Of a DNA stretch of 64,000 nt, positions 20,101 through 29,102 are shown piece by piece (positions within the stretch are counted from its first letter, which is position 1; each line of letters opens with the position of its first letter). The notes under the pieces are model-generated. The model searched no databases. It was not told the origin of the DNA and saw only the letters and a list, made by a program, of their open reading frames with translations. The stretch comes from a virus, in the IMG/VR virus record IMGVR_UViG_3300032240_002285, positions 35,746 through 99,745 of that record; one strand, written 5' to 3'. The translations under genes were made by a program, and so were the position numbers.

Positions 20101-21468
20101 TTAAAATAACTCAGGTTGATATAAGAACAAATTAAATTGTTCTTCATTCATATATTTTTTGACATATGTATTACCATTTTTATCTTTAAACAACGTGATT
20201 ATAACCATTGGTTCATTTTTATAGTCAAATCCTGTTACACGGAATTTTTGAGATGGTTCTTTTGGAGTATCATACCACATGTTTAATTCAAACTTGGACA
20301 TGATTTTATTTCTAAAATTATTGAATTCTCCAAGATTTCCTTTTTCATCAAGAATTTCAATCATTTTATCCAAATTACCTTTAACTAAATCGTGAAACAT
20401 ACTGTTTTCAGGAAACGAATCTCTTGTATCAAATTTCCAATAATCATCACTCCAACCTCCAAGATTTCTTGACCCTTGAGAAACTGCAATACGATTGAAT
20501 AAAGATTTAGAGTCTATTTTTTCAAAATTAAATCTTGCGACCCACATTAATAAATTTGCAACAGTTGTTGATACTTCATTGTCAGAATACATTTCAAAAC
20601 CAATTTTATCCATGAACTCATTCATTTCCAAGCTAATTTCATAATCAGCAACTTCATTCATATCCTTTTCTCTATAGTACCTAAATTCACTCAACAAATC
20701 TTCAATATATCCAGGAAATACTGCAAACAATGACTGTGCCAATTTTTCTCTGTAATCTTGTCTTTCTAAAATCACAGGACCATCAACAATAATTGCAGCA
20801 ATCTCTTTTATTTTTTGTAAGTTTTCTTTGTTCATAAAATCGTAAAGAGAACCGTACCCTTCTTTAAAATCTTCTATGAGGCTATATTCATCATAAAAAT
20901 CCCACTGACCTTCTTTAGAAAATGCATACATTGCTTGGTCTTGTTCATTAATATCTAAAGATTCAAATAACTCATCACGACTTTCAAATTCAATAATGAT
21001 TTCTGTTTGAGCTAAAGGTATTTTTTTTGAAACCGTGGTGATTGAATCGTCTGATAGCTTAATATCGGTTGCCTCAGCTTTACCCTTAACAAATTGTTTT
21101 AATGTTTGAACTAAATCTTGTTTACCAACCAATTCATCAATCAAGTCTTTTTGCCCACTGAAAGTTCTTTTGAACTCATCCATTTTCATAGCTTTGTTTC
21201 TTGAATCACTCATCCAATAGCTTAGACTACCGTAATTGTCATATACATATAAATTGATTTTTGTACCGTATTCCTTGTTGATAAACAAATAGATTGCTCC
21301 ATTGTCCGCATAACTTCTAAAAGAATATTCAGAGTCCCGACACCATCTCGTTTCACTTCCATAATAACAAGCATCTTTGTAAGTTAATAATCTTACAACT
21401 AAAATCTCATCATCATCAAATAAAATATTTTTTTGGAGAGAACCTTCTTCTTCGTTTAGTTTCATCAA
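20101..21468 (-). CDS. Hypothetical protein with YGxxT[RK]WC domain
   Basis: ACYYGSETRWC...F.SY...GAIY; shares this domain with 54637..55542. Confidence 0.6.
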   Translation of the reverse strand: MMKLNEEEGSLQKNILFDDDEILVVRLLTYKDACYYGSETRWCRDSEYSFRSYADNGAIYLFINKEYGTKINLYVYDNYGSLSYWMSDSRNKAMKMDEFKRTFSGQKDLIDELVGKQDLVQTLKQFVKGKAEATDIKLSDDSITTVSKKIPLAQTEIIIEFESRDELFESLDINEQDQAMYAFSKEGQWDFYDEYSLIEDFKEGYGSLYDFMNKENLQKIKEIAAIIVDGPVILERQDYREKLAQSLFAVFPGYIEDLLSEFRYYREKDMNEVADYEISLEMNEFMDKIGFEMYSDNEVSTTVANLLMWVARFNFEKIDSKSLFNRIAVSQGSRNLGGWSDDYWKFDTRDSFPENSMFHDLVKGNLDKMIEILDEKGNLGEFNNFRNKIMSKFELNMWYDTPKEPSQKFRVTGFDYKNEPMVIITLFKDKNGNTYVKKYMNEEQFNLFLYQPELF

Positions 21469-21532
21469 CAGTTTTTATTATAAATACCATTAATCTCTGT
21501 ATATTTTACCAATATATTTTATAATCTACATT

Positions 21533-22294
21533 ATGAAAACTATCCAAGAAGCAATCCAAGAGATTAAAGATTTTGATTTTAAAAATGCGACCCAACAAGA
21601 AATTGAGGCAGTCCTACCAACATTTGGTATGAATGATGAACAAACATTTGAAATGCCGCAAGAATTGAGTGAATATTTTGGATGGGGGGTTAAATTTTGG
21701 CAATACCCAAATCAACTTAGTAAACTTATTTGTTATCTTAGAGAAAAACAAATTGATTCTTATTTAGAAATTGGTTGTAGATGGGGTGGAACTTTTATAA
21801 TTTTAAATGAAGTTCTACGAAAATATAACCCACATCTTGATGCATATGCTTTAGACCATATACCAGCTTCCGATATCCTTCATAGTTATCAACATGATTT
21901 CAAAGGAAATCCATTTGCATATATTCAAATGGATTCTAATGGTTCATATTTTTTTTATCACATGGGAGGATTCCTCACGGTTCCTACGGTACAAATGGAT
22001 TGCGTACTCATTGATGGAAATCATACATATTGGGGTATTAAAGAAGATTATCATAGAGCACTTACAATGGGCGCAAAATATATAATTTTTCACGATATTG
22101 TTAATCAATCGTGTAATCCATGTAGAAAAGCTTGGAAAAATATTAAAAAAAATCATAAGAATATTGTTGAATTCAACGACCAATATGATTCAGTTACTGG
22201 AACTTATTTAGGTATCGCAGTTGTTGAAGTAAATAAAGAAGATAAATGTTTTCCACACTTTCAAGAATATTATCCAGATTTGTTTGGCGAATAG
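21533..22294 (+). CDS. Class I SAM-dependent methyltransferase (Methyltransf_24-like)
   Basis: YLEIGCRWGGT, LIDGNHTY, IIFHDI. Confidence 0.85.
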   Translation: MKTIQEAIQEIKDFDFKNATQQEIEAVLPTFGMNDEQTFEMPQELSEYFGWGVKFWQYPNQLSKLICYLREKQIDSYLEIGCRWGGTFIILNEVLRKYNPHLDAYALDHIPASDILHSYQHDFKGNPFAYIQMDSNGSYFFYHMGGFLTVPTVQMDCVLIDGNHTYWGIKEDYHRALTMGAKYIIFHDIVNQSCNPCRKAWKNIKKNHKNIVEFNDQYDSVTGTYLGIAVVEVNKEDKCFPHFQEYYPDLFGE

Positions 22295-22337
22295 AGTATT
22301 TATTCTTACATTTGTGTTCACAAGTTCTTTAAAATAT

Positions 22338-22746
22338 GGGGATGGCCAGGCATTTGATTTCAGGTGTTAAGGGTAAGTTGCAAGTAGTCAGATTTTATCT
22401 ATGACTTAAATCTATGGTAAAGAAGAATAACAGGCAATACATTTGCAAAATTAGCAGCTTTAGGTTTAACTAAAGAAGCTGGTGTTACAGTAGCTTAATA
22501 GTGAACTAACAGACGAGTCGGTGAGCATATAACTTGGGAACAGAAGCTCTTAAAGTGGATACTACTTAGTGTGTCAAAAGGTCTCGTTCAGAGGACTACC
22601 TTAATAAAAGTGAACTCGACACAGTTATTGGTAACAATGTCAAAATAGGAACCAATTATTTTTCTATTGAGAACTAATAGAATAAACTTGTAGTAACTTG
22701 CTGTTAAGCAGGAAAGACCGCGGTTCGACTCCGCGCATCTCCACCA
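22338..22746 (+). ncRNA. ssrA: tmRNA; predicted tag (A)GNTFAKLAALGLTKEAGVTVA at 22433-22498
   Basis: GGGGATG/CATCTCC-ACCA acceptor stem with G3.U70, T-arm CGCGGTTCGACTCCGCG, internal ORF ending TAA TAG TGA; TACATTTG promoter and boxA-like GTTCTTTAAAA upstream. Confidence 0.93.
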
Positions 22747-22812
22747 AATAAAAAAAGAATCTCTCTGAGGTTCTTTTTTTTTATAAAAATTTTCAGTACA
22801 TTTGTAAAAGAT

Positions 22813-23196
22813 ATGGGGACCGATTGTAATATATGTAGTGATAAGTGTTATGGTAGAATTGGTTACCACGGCAGTTGTTGTTCTCTAGAAGATAGAGATT
22901 ATATAATCGGGCCCCATCCAGATACGGAGGATTTTATTAAAAAATTATCTTCAAAATTAGGAAGAGAAATATATGAAGAAGACGTATTCATCGGATATGA
23001 GGAAGGAAGAAAACTATTCCCTTACAAGACTAGTTGGCAAAATCGAGATTCTTATCCCGCATTTAGAATTGATTTTTTTAATCCTAAGTTACCTTGTATA
23101 TTCTACAATACAAAAATAAAAGCTTGTAGTATATATGATATAAGACCTCAAACTTGTAGAGAATATGAGTGTGAGTATCTTTCCAACAACACTTAA
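22813..23196 (+). CDS. YkgJ family Zn/Fe-chelating (CxxC...CC) protein
   Basis: CNIC..C......SCC; PCIFY.....CSIYDIRPQTCREYEC. Confidence 0.85.
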   Translation: MGTDCNICSDKCYGRIGYHGSCCSLEDRDYIIGPHPDTEDFIKKLSSKLGREIYEEDVFIGYEEGRKLFPYKTSWQNRDSYPAFRIDFFNPKLPCIFYNTKIKACSIYDIRPQTCREYECEYLSNNT

Positions 23197-23197
23197 C

Positions 23198-23271
23198 GCT
23201 CCGTTGGACAAATTGGTGAAGTCGCCTCCCTTTCACGGAGGAGATTAGCGGTTCAAGCCCGCTACGGAGTA
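23198..23271 (+). tRNA. tRNA-Glu(UUC)
   Basis: Cloverleaf; CCTCC-CTTTCAC-GGAGG. Confidence 0.92.
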
Positions 23272-23321
23272 CATTTAGTTAATCACTACACAATATCAAA
23301 TAAAAACCTTACTTTTATAAA

Positions 23322-23672
23322 ATGAACAAGATTATTTCTGTAATTTATATATTAGTAATATACACTATTTCCCAAGTTTTTACCTATTATCAACTTCAAG
23401 GACATTTATTCAATAAGTGGATTAAAGAAAACCCATTTATAATGGCATTGTTAGGTTTACCAATTGGTTATTTTGTAATTAAAGCAAGTAGGGTAATGGT
23501 TGAATTATGGGGAGGCCAAACATGGCCGAATCGTTTAATTGGATTCAGCCTTGGGGTTATCATTTTTACATTTATGTCTTGGTTGATACTCAAAGAACCT
23601 CTAACTCCAAAAACAATAACTTGTTTGGTGTTATGTTTCGCCATTTTAATGATACAATTTTTATGGAAGTAA
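23322..23672 (+). CDS. Small multi-TM membrane protein
   Basis: About four hydrophobic helices. Confidence 0.6.
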   Translation: MNKIISVIYILVIYTISQVFTYYQLQGHLFNKWIKENPFIMALLGLPIGYFVIKASRVMVELWGGQTWPNRLIGFSLGVIIFTFMSWLILKEPLTPKTITCLVLCFAILMIQFLWK

Positions 23673-23894
23673 TTACTTATTAGATAATCTGCGAAAGTAA
23701 TAATAAAGACCAAAAAAGAATACCGCAATAAAGTACAACACGCAGTTGGCTTTCCATAAATTTCCTGTCAATAATATTAAAGAATATTGAATTGCGTCGA
23801 ATCCAAAAGGATTGAAGAATAGGGCTAGCATTAAAAATAGTTGTGATAGATTGTCTTGGAAGGTCCTTCTCCAAGTTTTGGTTTTCATCGTCAT
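23673..23894 (-). CDS. Small membrane protein
   Basis: Two TM segments, FFNPFGFD. Confidence 0.5.
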   Translation of the reverse strand: MTMKTKTWRRTFQDNLSQLFLMLALFFNPFGFDAIQYSLILLTGNLWKANCVLYFIAVFFFGLYYYFRRLSNK

Positions 23895-24003
23895 TCATAT
23901 GTTAAAATTAATAATTTATGTCTTTTTTTTAGACTTTCTGTTTCAAAATAAATATTCTATTATTAGATATAACCATAAAATATATTGAATTTTGCCTGAG
24001 TAA

Positions 24004-24336
24004 ATGGCCAACAAAAAAAATACAAAAATAGAAACAAAATTTTTGAATATATTACTTTCTGAATTTGGAAATCAAAAAATTATGGATGATGTTTATAAAA
24101 TTGCTGTTTGTAATTATTTAGACGGAACCGCGGACTGTATACTTATACATAAGAAAAATAAACATTACGACAGATTGTGGAATTGGGGAAAGAATTTATA
24201 TCACATAAAAGGAAATAGTGGTATTTCTTTGGAAGGTGTTATTAGAACATTTAATTTTGACCATATAGAACTTGAACCAAGACATTTTTGGGAGCGAAGA
24301 CGTTTAGGTTGTAATAATTGTAAATATATAAAATAA
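24004..24336 (+). CDS. Hypothetical protein
   Basis: 110 aa ORF. Confidence 0.45.
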   Translation: MANKKNTKIETKFLNILLSEFGNQKIMDDVYKIAVCNYLDGTADCILIHKKNKHYDRLWNWGKNLYHIKGNSGISLEGVIRTFNFDHIELEPRHFWERRRLGCNNCKYIK

Positions 24337-24596
24337 TGACTGAACAAGAAATTTTAAGTGAAGTTGTCATGTTAGAATATGAAGTAACCATGGCAAATTT
24401 GCTAGGACATAGAGCATCTGACGATGATGAATATTCAGAAAAAAGAAAAAGAATAAACGAGTTAAGAAAAAAATTAAAAAATTATGACAATTAAAATAGC
24501 AGTTGTGTTGAGTATTTTGGTTATTTTGGCAGTATCAATTTTATTGGTGGATAGAAATAATCACAACATATACCAAAGACGATAGTAAATTAAAAT

Positions 24597-25106
24597 ATGA
24601 AAACTATATTTTTAGATATTGATGGTGTTTTGGCAACTGATAAACAATTCAATAGAAACCGTGAAAAATTCAAATCCAATTACGAATGGGCTGCAGAATA
24701 TGACGTCCCTTATCCATACGATGAAGGTTGCGTTAAAATTTTGAATGAAATAGTAGAATCTACAGGTGCCCAAATTGTATTGAGTTCTGATTGGAAATTA
24801 CACTATAATTTGGATACTATGGGTAAAATTTTTGAAGCCAATGGAATCAAAACAAAACCTATAGGAACAACAGAAGATTTTGGTTATAGTGGATTGTTAT
24901 TGGAAATGTGGAGAGCATCTGAAATTGTAAGTTATATTGGCAAACATGATGTTGGACAATGGGTTGTAATTGATGACCTTAATATGCAAAAATGGTTTGA
25001 TGATTATGAAGGAGGAAAAGGTGATAGATTCTTTATAACTAGAAGTCGTGATGGTTTAAAAAAATCATCCCTCAAAGATAAAATCATCAATAAATTAAAC
25101 GAATAG
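24597..25106 (+). CDS. HAD-family phosphatase (RNA-repair-associated type)
   Basis: IFLDIDGVL, IVLSSDW, WVVIDD. Confidence 0.8.
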   Translation: MKTIFLDIDGVLATDKQFNRNREKFKSNYEWAAEYDVPYPYDEGCVKILNEIVESTGAQIVLSSDWKLHYNLDTMGKIFEANGIKTKPIGTTEDFGYSGLLLEMWRASEIVSYIGKHDVGQWVVIDDLNMQKWFDDYEGGKGDRFFITRSRDGLKKSSLKDKIINKLNE

Positions 25107-25129
25107 ACTAAAGTTATATACATATAATT

Positions 25130-25525
25130 ATGACTAAAATAATTAAAAATCCTACATTATTTGTAGACATTGATGGGACGATTGTTAAGTATCGTAATTT
25201 CAGTGAATTAGGAGAATCTACACTAACTCCAATTCAAGATGTTATTGATTTTATTAATGAACACCATTCAAATGGGGCAATAATTATTATTACAACAGCT
25301 CGTCCTGAAAAGTACAGACTATTTACTGAAGAGGAACTTACTACCATAGGTCTAAAATGGAATCAACTTGTTATGGATTGTGGTAGAGGAACAAGAGTTG
25401 TTCTTAACGACATTGACCCTAAAAGTCCTGAAATAAAAAGAGCCATTGGCATAAATTTAATTAGAGATGGCGGATTCAACAATATTGAAATTCCATCCGA
25501 TATCAAACCATATGAATCAGAATAA
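25130..25525 (+). CDS. HAD-family phosphatase (PNKP-phosphatase-like)
   Basis: FVDIDGTI, IIITTARP. Confidence 0.75.
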   Translation: MTKIIKNPTLFVDIDGTIVKYRNFSELGESTLTPIQDVIDFINEHHSNGAIIIITTARPEKYRLFTEEELTTIGLKWNQLVMDCGRGTRVVLNDIDPKSPEIKRAIGINLIRDGGFNNIEIPSDIKPYESE

Positions 25526-25796
25526 AATTTCCCCTAAAAGACACATAGCAAAAACAATAACTTATCGTATAATCAGTACCTTAGTTGGTTTTTTAACCAT
25601 GTGGTCGGTGACAGGAAGTATTAAAGTTGGAACCACATTTGGTTTATTTGAATTAGTATACAAACCAATTCAATATTTTATTCATGAGAGAGTTTGGTAT
25701 AAATGGATTAAATTTGGAGTTAGTGAAGAACCAAAGGTTGTTAAAGTAGAAGAACCTAAAGAAACTATAAAAAGGTTGAATTATACTCGTAGATAA
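25512..25796 (+). CDS. DUF2061 membrane protein
   Basis: RHIAKTITYRIIST...YFIHERVW..IKFG; likely start MNQNK. Confidence 0.75.
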   Translation: MNQNKISPKRHIAKTITYRIISTLVGFLTMWSVTGSIKVGTTFGLFELVYKPIQYFIHERVWYKWIKFGVSEEPKVVKVEEPKETIKRLNYTRR

Positions 25797-25824
25797 ACCG
25801 ATACTAATAACTATTTATTTAGAT

Positions 25825-26544
25825 ATGAATAACGAGGTTAACAAAATTATATCGGTATATACCACAATACTTGAGAATAAATCAATATTACAGGAATTTA
25901 ATTCCGTAAGCCTTGCGGATACTAATTATTCAAATGTAAAATTTAATAATGACTCAACAAGAAATGATTCGGTTAACAAAGCTCTCTTAGATGATATTCA
26001 ACAAGCAGCCTCTAATGTTGGTATAGTAGCAACAATTACAACAGCAAAATCAGGACATAGTGAAAAAACCACTACAGGTAATACAAGTAGACATTCAACA
26101 GGTGCTGGAGTTGATATTGCAAAGTTGAATGGGATTGGTTCGGATAATGCGACGAGTGCTATGGATGGTAATCCTGAATTTAGAAATTTAGGAAATAAAC
26201 TCAAAGATTCTTTAGTGTCATTAGGTTATACTTGGAATACAGAGTCGGGAAATCCAAAGGCAGTTTTATGGCAAACAAACTCTGGAGGTAACCATTATAA
26301 TCATTTACATGTATCCAATAATTCGGGAGAAACTTCTGAACCAACAAATTCTAAAGACTCAAGTGAATTAGGAGATTTAAATAAAAACTCGGTAACATCT
26401 ACATTGTCAAATTTAATGTCGACCGCATCCAAAAGTTCTTCGCAGTCTATAACTCCTGACCCTTTGATTATGGCATTTGCAAATAAACTTACAAGTGCGT
26501 TGGGTCTCACAGAAAATATCAATAAAATTAAAAGATTATTATAA
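25825..26544 (+). CDS. M15/LAS-type Zn peptidase, probable peptidoglycan hydrolase
   Basis: SRHSTGAGVDI...HYNHLHV (H-x6-D, HxH); late motif upstream. Confidence 0.7.
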   Translation: MNNEVNKIISVYTTILENKSILQEFNSVSLADTNYSNVKFNNDSTRNDSVNKALLDDIQQAASNVGIVATITTAKSGHSEKTTTGNTSRHSTGAGVDIAKLNGIGSDNATSAMDGNPEFRNLGNKLKDSLVSLGYTWNTESGNPKAVLWQTNSGGNHYNHLHVSNNSGETSEPTNSKDSSELGDLNKNSVTSTLSNLMSTASKSSSQSITPDPLIMAFANKLTSALGLTENINKIKRLL

Positions 26545-26576
26545 AAAAAACCCATCGTAAGATGGGTTTTTCTTTT

Positions 26577-27200
26577 TTAGATGATTTTGAACAAATCGTC
26601 AGTTGATTTTCTTACTTTCGGATAGTTTTGATATTCATCAGTTGCGTCTCTCTTACCTATTGGACAAACAATCACAGATGATGTTTCCGTCAATCCTAAG
26701 ATACTATCGTATTGTCCTCTATCAAATCCCTCCATCGGACAAGAATCAATCCCTAAAACGGATAAAGAGGTTAATAAATTACCTACCGCTAAGTAGATTT
26801 GTTTTTCAACCCAAGTACTTTTTTGGTCTTCAGTTTGTGAAGATACTGCATGTTTCATCATACCTTCGTATTCCGCCAACATTTCTTTAGTTACTCCTCT
26901 TGTATTGATAATGTTTTCAACAAACAAATCAACTTCGTTTTCATCAACATTTTTGTTTTTTACAAAAATTAACAAAACACTTGCGTCAGTAATTTGTGAT
27001 TGACCCCATGAAGCACCTTTTAATTGTTTTCTGATTTCAGGATTTGTTACAATTAAAATTTTGTAAGGTTGTAATCCAAAAGAAGCTGGTGATAATTGAA
27101 TAACTTCTTTAATTGTGTCTAATTCTAATTCTGATAATTGATAAGTTGAATCAAACTTTTTTGTGGCATAACGCCATTTAAGATTTTCTAAAATATTCAT
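26577..27200 (-). CDS. NAD(P)H-dependent nitroreductase (NfsB-like)
   Basis: WRYATKKFD, LSPASFGLQPY, GIDSCPMEGFD, PKVRK. Confidence 0.92.
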   Translation of the reverse strand: MNILENLKWRYATKKFDSTYQLSELELDTIKEVIQLSPASFGLQPYKILIVTNPEIRKQLKGASWGQSQITDASVLLIFVKNKNVDENEVDLFVENIINTRGVTKEMLAEYEGMMKHAVSSQTEDQKSTWVEKQIYLAVGNLLTSLSVLGIDSCPMEGFDRGQYDSILGLTETSSVIVCPIGKRDATDEYQNYPKVRKSTDDLFKII

Positions 27201-27274
27201 TTTTTTTGATTAAGGTTTAATAAAAACCCCCAACTTAAAATTAAATTGAGGGTTTTTTATTTTTACAAAATTAA

Positions 27275-27430
27275 TTATTTTGCTACTGTTGTGTCTGCAA
27301 CTACTGCAATTGTGTCAGCTTTCACTGAATCTGCAACTACTGCAGTTGAATCAGTTTTTACTTCAGTTGATGTTGAGCCTCCGCAAGAAGCTAATGTTAA
27401 AATTGATACTAATGCTACGATTTTTTTCAT
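27275..27430 (-). CDS. 51 aa lipoprotein with four O-glycosylation sequons
   Basis: MKKIVALVSILTLAS-CGGSTSTEVKTDSTAVVADSVKADTIAVVADTTVAK; lipobox LASC. Not in the ORF track. Confidence 0.8.
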   Translation of the reverse strand: MKKIVALVSILTLASCGGSTSTEVKTDSTAVVADSVKADTIAVVADTTVAK

Positions 27431-27471
27431 AATTGTTTTTTTTGTTTTTTATATAATAGTTAATTGTTTTT

Positions 27472-27563
27472 TGGCAGAAGGTACCAGATTCGAACTGGTG
27501 GATAGGTTTAACCCCATCCGCAGTTTAGCAAACTGCTGGTTTAAGCCACTCACCCAACCTTCT
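27472..27563 (-). tRNA. tRNA-Ser(GCU)
   Basis: Cloverleaf with long variable arm and encoded CCA. Confidence 0.93.
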
Positions 27564-27641
27564 ATAAATTGGTAATACAAATATAACAAAAATCCCCCAA
27601 TTTTTCAATAGGGGGAAAGTTAATAATAGAAAATTTTAAGT

Positions 27642-28091
27642 TTATTTTAAGAATCTCAACTTATATAAAGTAGAAAAAATTAATTCTTGTACTCCATCAA
27701 TTTGATTTTGAATATATGATTCTTTAACACCTTTTCTATTTTTTTCAATGTTATCATCCAAAGCTTTGAAATAAGATATTAATTGTTCAGTTGATTTATA
27801 GTCAACCATTTGAATTGTTTTGTATCCTGTTATTATATCATATTTTCCTTGGTAACTTTCAACAATACCATCAATTAATTCAACAATTTCATCATAATAT
27901 GTCCCTAAAGCCATATGTTCTGCAAATGATGATTGAGATTTGGTTTGCCAATGAAAAATATGTGCTTGGCTTCTTGAATGAAGTAATGTTGCAATCATAT
28001 CTACAACATCTCCTGTTTCTGTTGTTTCTTTTTGTTCGTTAAGCTTCATAGCTTTAAACAACTGTTCTTTAGTTATTGTTACTTTGTCCAT
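27642..28091 (-). CDS. Ferritin/Dps-like protein (DUF5856-like)
   Basis: AHIFHWQT..SFAEHMALGTYYD...DGIVESYQG...LYKLRFLK. Confidence 0.75.
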   Translation of the reverse strand: MDKVTITKEQLFKAMKLNEQKETTETGDVVDMIATLLHSRSQAHIFHWQTKSQSSFAEHMALGTYYDEIVELIDGIVESYQGKYDIITGYKTIQMVDYKSTEQLISYFKALDDNIEKNRKGVKESYIQNQIDGVQELIFSTLYKLRFLK

Positions 28092-28163
28092 GACAATAAA
28101 TACTTGTATACGTTTGTTTGTTTCGCATCATCGTATTTGTTTCGCACAAAATTTAATAACTTG

Positions 28164-28234
28164 CACTCCCTAAAGGATTCGAACCTCTACAAACGGTTTT
28201 GGAGACCGTTGTGCTACCGTTACACCAAAGAAGT
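28164..28234 (-). tRNA. tRNA-Trp(CCA)
   Basis: ACGGT-CTCCAAA-ACCGT. Confidence 0.9.
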
Positions 28235-28242
28235 GAATAATG

Positions 28243-28313
28243 AGGTCAGAACAGGATTCGAACCTGCGTAGACGGTTTTGCAGACCGCAGCCTAGCCACT
28301 CGGCCACCCGACC
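28243..28313 (-). tRNA. tRNA-Cys(GCA)
   Basis: GCGGT-CTGCAAA-ACCGT, U73. Confidence 0.92.
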
Positions 28314-28319
28314 TTATTG

Positions 28320-28390
28320 TTACCCGAGAAGGATTCGAACCTACCCAAAGCGCACCAAAAACGCTTGTGCTACCGCTACACCATCGAGCA
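28320..28390 (-). tRNA. tRNA-Gln(UUG)
   Basis: AGCGT-TTTTGGT-GCGCT, U1-A72. Confidence 0.9.
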
Positions 28391-28396
28391 ATTTAA

Positions 28397-28473
28397 TGGG
28401 GTGAAAAATGGGGGTCGAACCCATAACCTTCCGAATCACAATCGGACGCTCTGCCTGTTGAGCTATAGACACC
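28397..28473 (-). tRNA. tRNA-His(GUG) with mismatched acceptor stem
   Basis: G-1/C73, TCCGA-TTGTGAT-TCGGA, encoded CCA; acceptor pairs 4-6 mismatched. Confidence 0.8.
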
Positions 28474-28478
28474 ATATG

Positions 28479-28637
28479 CTGTAGTGGAAGGAATCGAACC
28501 TCCAAGGGGTAATTAGGTAAAGGACAATAGTGCTTGCAAGCTGGTGGTCTACCCCGATATCCTTACTTTATTTCATAATCCCCGCCCCCGAGACAGGAGG
28601 GTGCGTCTGCCAAGCGTACGCATTTCGCCACACTACA
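28479..28637 (-). ncRNA. Giant tRNA-like RNA (159 nt; GUC at the anticodon position; ~81 nt variable arm)
   Basis: Acceptor TGTAGTG/CACTACA, T-arm GGAGGTTCGATTCCTTC, Leu-type D-arm with insert. Confidence 0.75.
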
Positions 28638-28732
28638 ATTTTCAAACTAACTCACTGGAAACCTTATAACTTATTTTCAAAGCTTATGGGTTAAGCACTC
28701 CTATTATGTTAGTTTCTCGTGCTCTAAGTGTG

Positions 28733-28817
28733 AGGAGAGTTAGGGATTCGAACCCCAGGTCCTGTTACAGACTTCGGTTTTCAAGACCGACGCAATCGAC
28801 CGCTCTGCCAACTCTCC
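28733..28817 (-). tRNA. tRNA-Ser(UGA)
   Basis: TCGGT-CTTGAAA-ACCGA, long variable arm; discriminator U. Confidence 0.92.
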
Positions 28818-28835
28818 TTATTTGTTTTACTATTG

Positions 28836-28909
28836 TTGGAATAGATGGACTCGAACCATCGACATCTACCGTATCAGGATAGCGCTCTAACCAACTGAGC
28901 TATATTCCA
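28836..28909 (-). tRNA. tRNA-Ile(GAU)
   Basis: CTATC-CTGATAC-GGTAG. Confidence 0.92.
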
Positions 28910-28984
28910 AAGTACCCCACTTCACCAGCTTAACGGACTGGCTGCCATATGGGAGTGGGGGTTTCCTGTTATTTCAGGACTCCG

Positions 28985-29068
28985 TGGTCAGGACAGGATT
29001 CGAACCTGTATGAGTTTCTCACCTCTACCCCTGGACGGGGCTGCGTCTCTCCATTTCGCCACCTGACT
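28985..29068 (-). ncRNA. tRNA-like RNA with non-canonical 5-nt anticodon loop
   Basis: Acceptor AGTCAGG/CCTGACC, T-arm ACAGGTTCGAATCCTGT, arm GCCCC-GTCCA-GGGGT. Confidence 0.7.
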
Positions 29069-29090
29069 ATAAAACAAATATACTACCAAT

Positions 29091-29102
29091 ATTTCAAAGA
29101 AC
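29091..29102 (-). promoter_or_regulatory. boxA-like antitermination element
   Basis: GTTCTTTGAAAT just 5' of tRNA array 1; similar elements at 32941-32950 (-) and 22324-22334 (+). Confidence 0.55.

Noticed and set aside
22588-22869. 93 aa minus-strand ORF
   Set aside because: Antisense shadow of the tmRNA 3' half
28911-28984. Theta/HDV, twister or pistol ribozyme assignment
   Set aside because: Could not place the required helices and catalytic residues by eye; kept only as an unknown structured element
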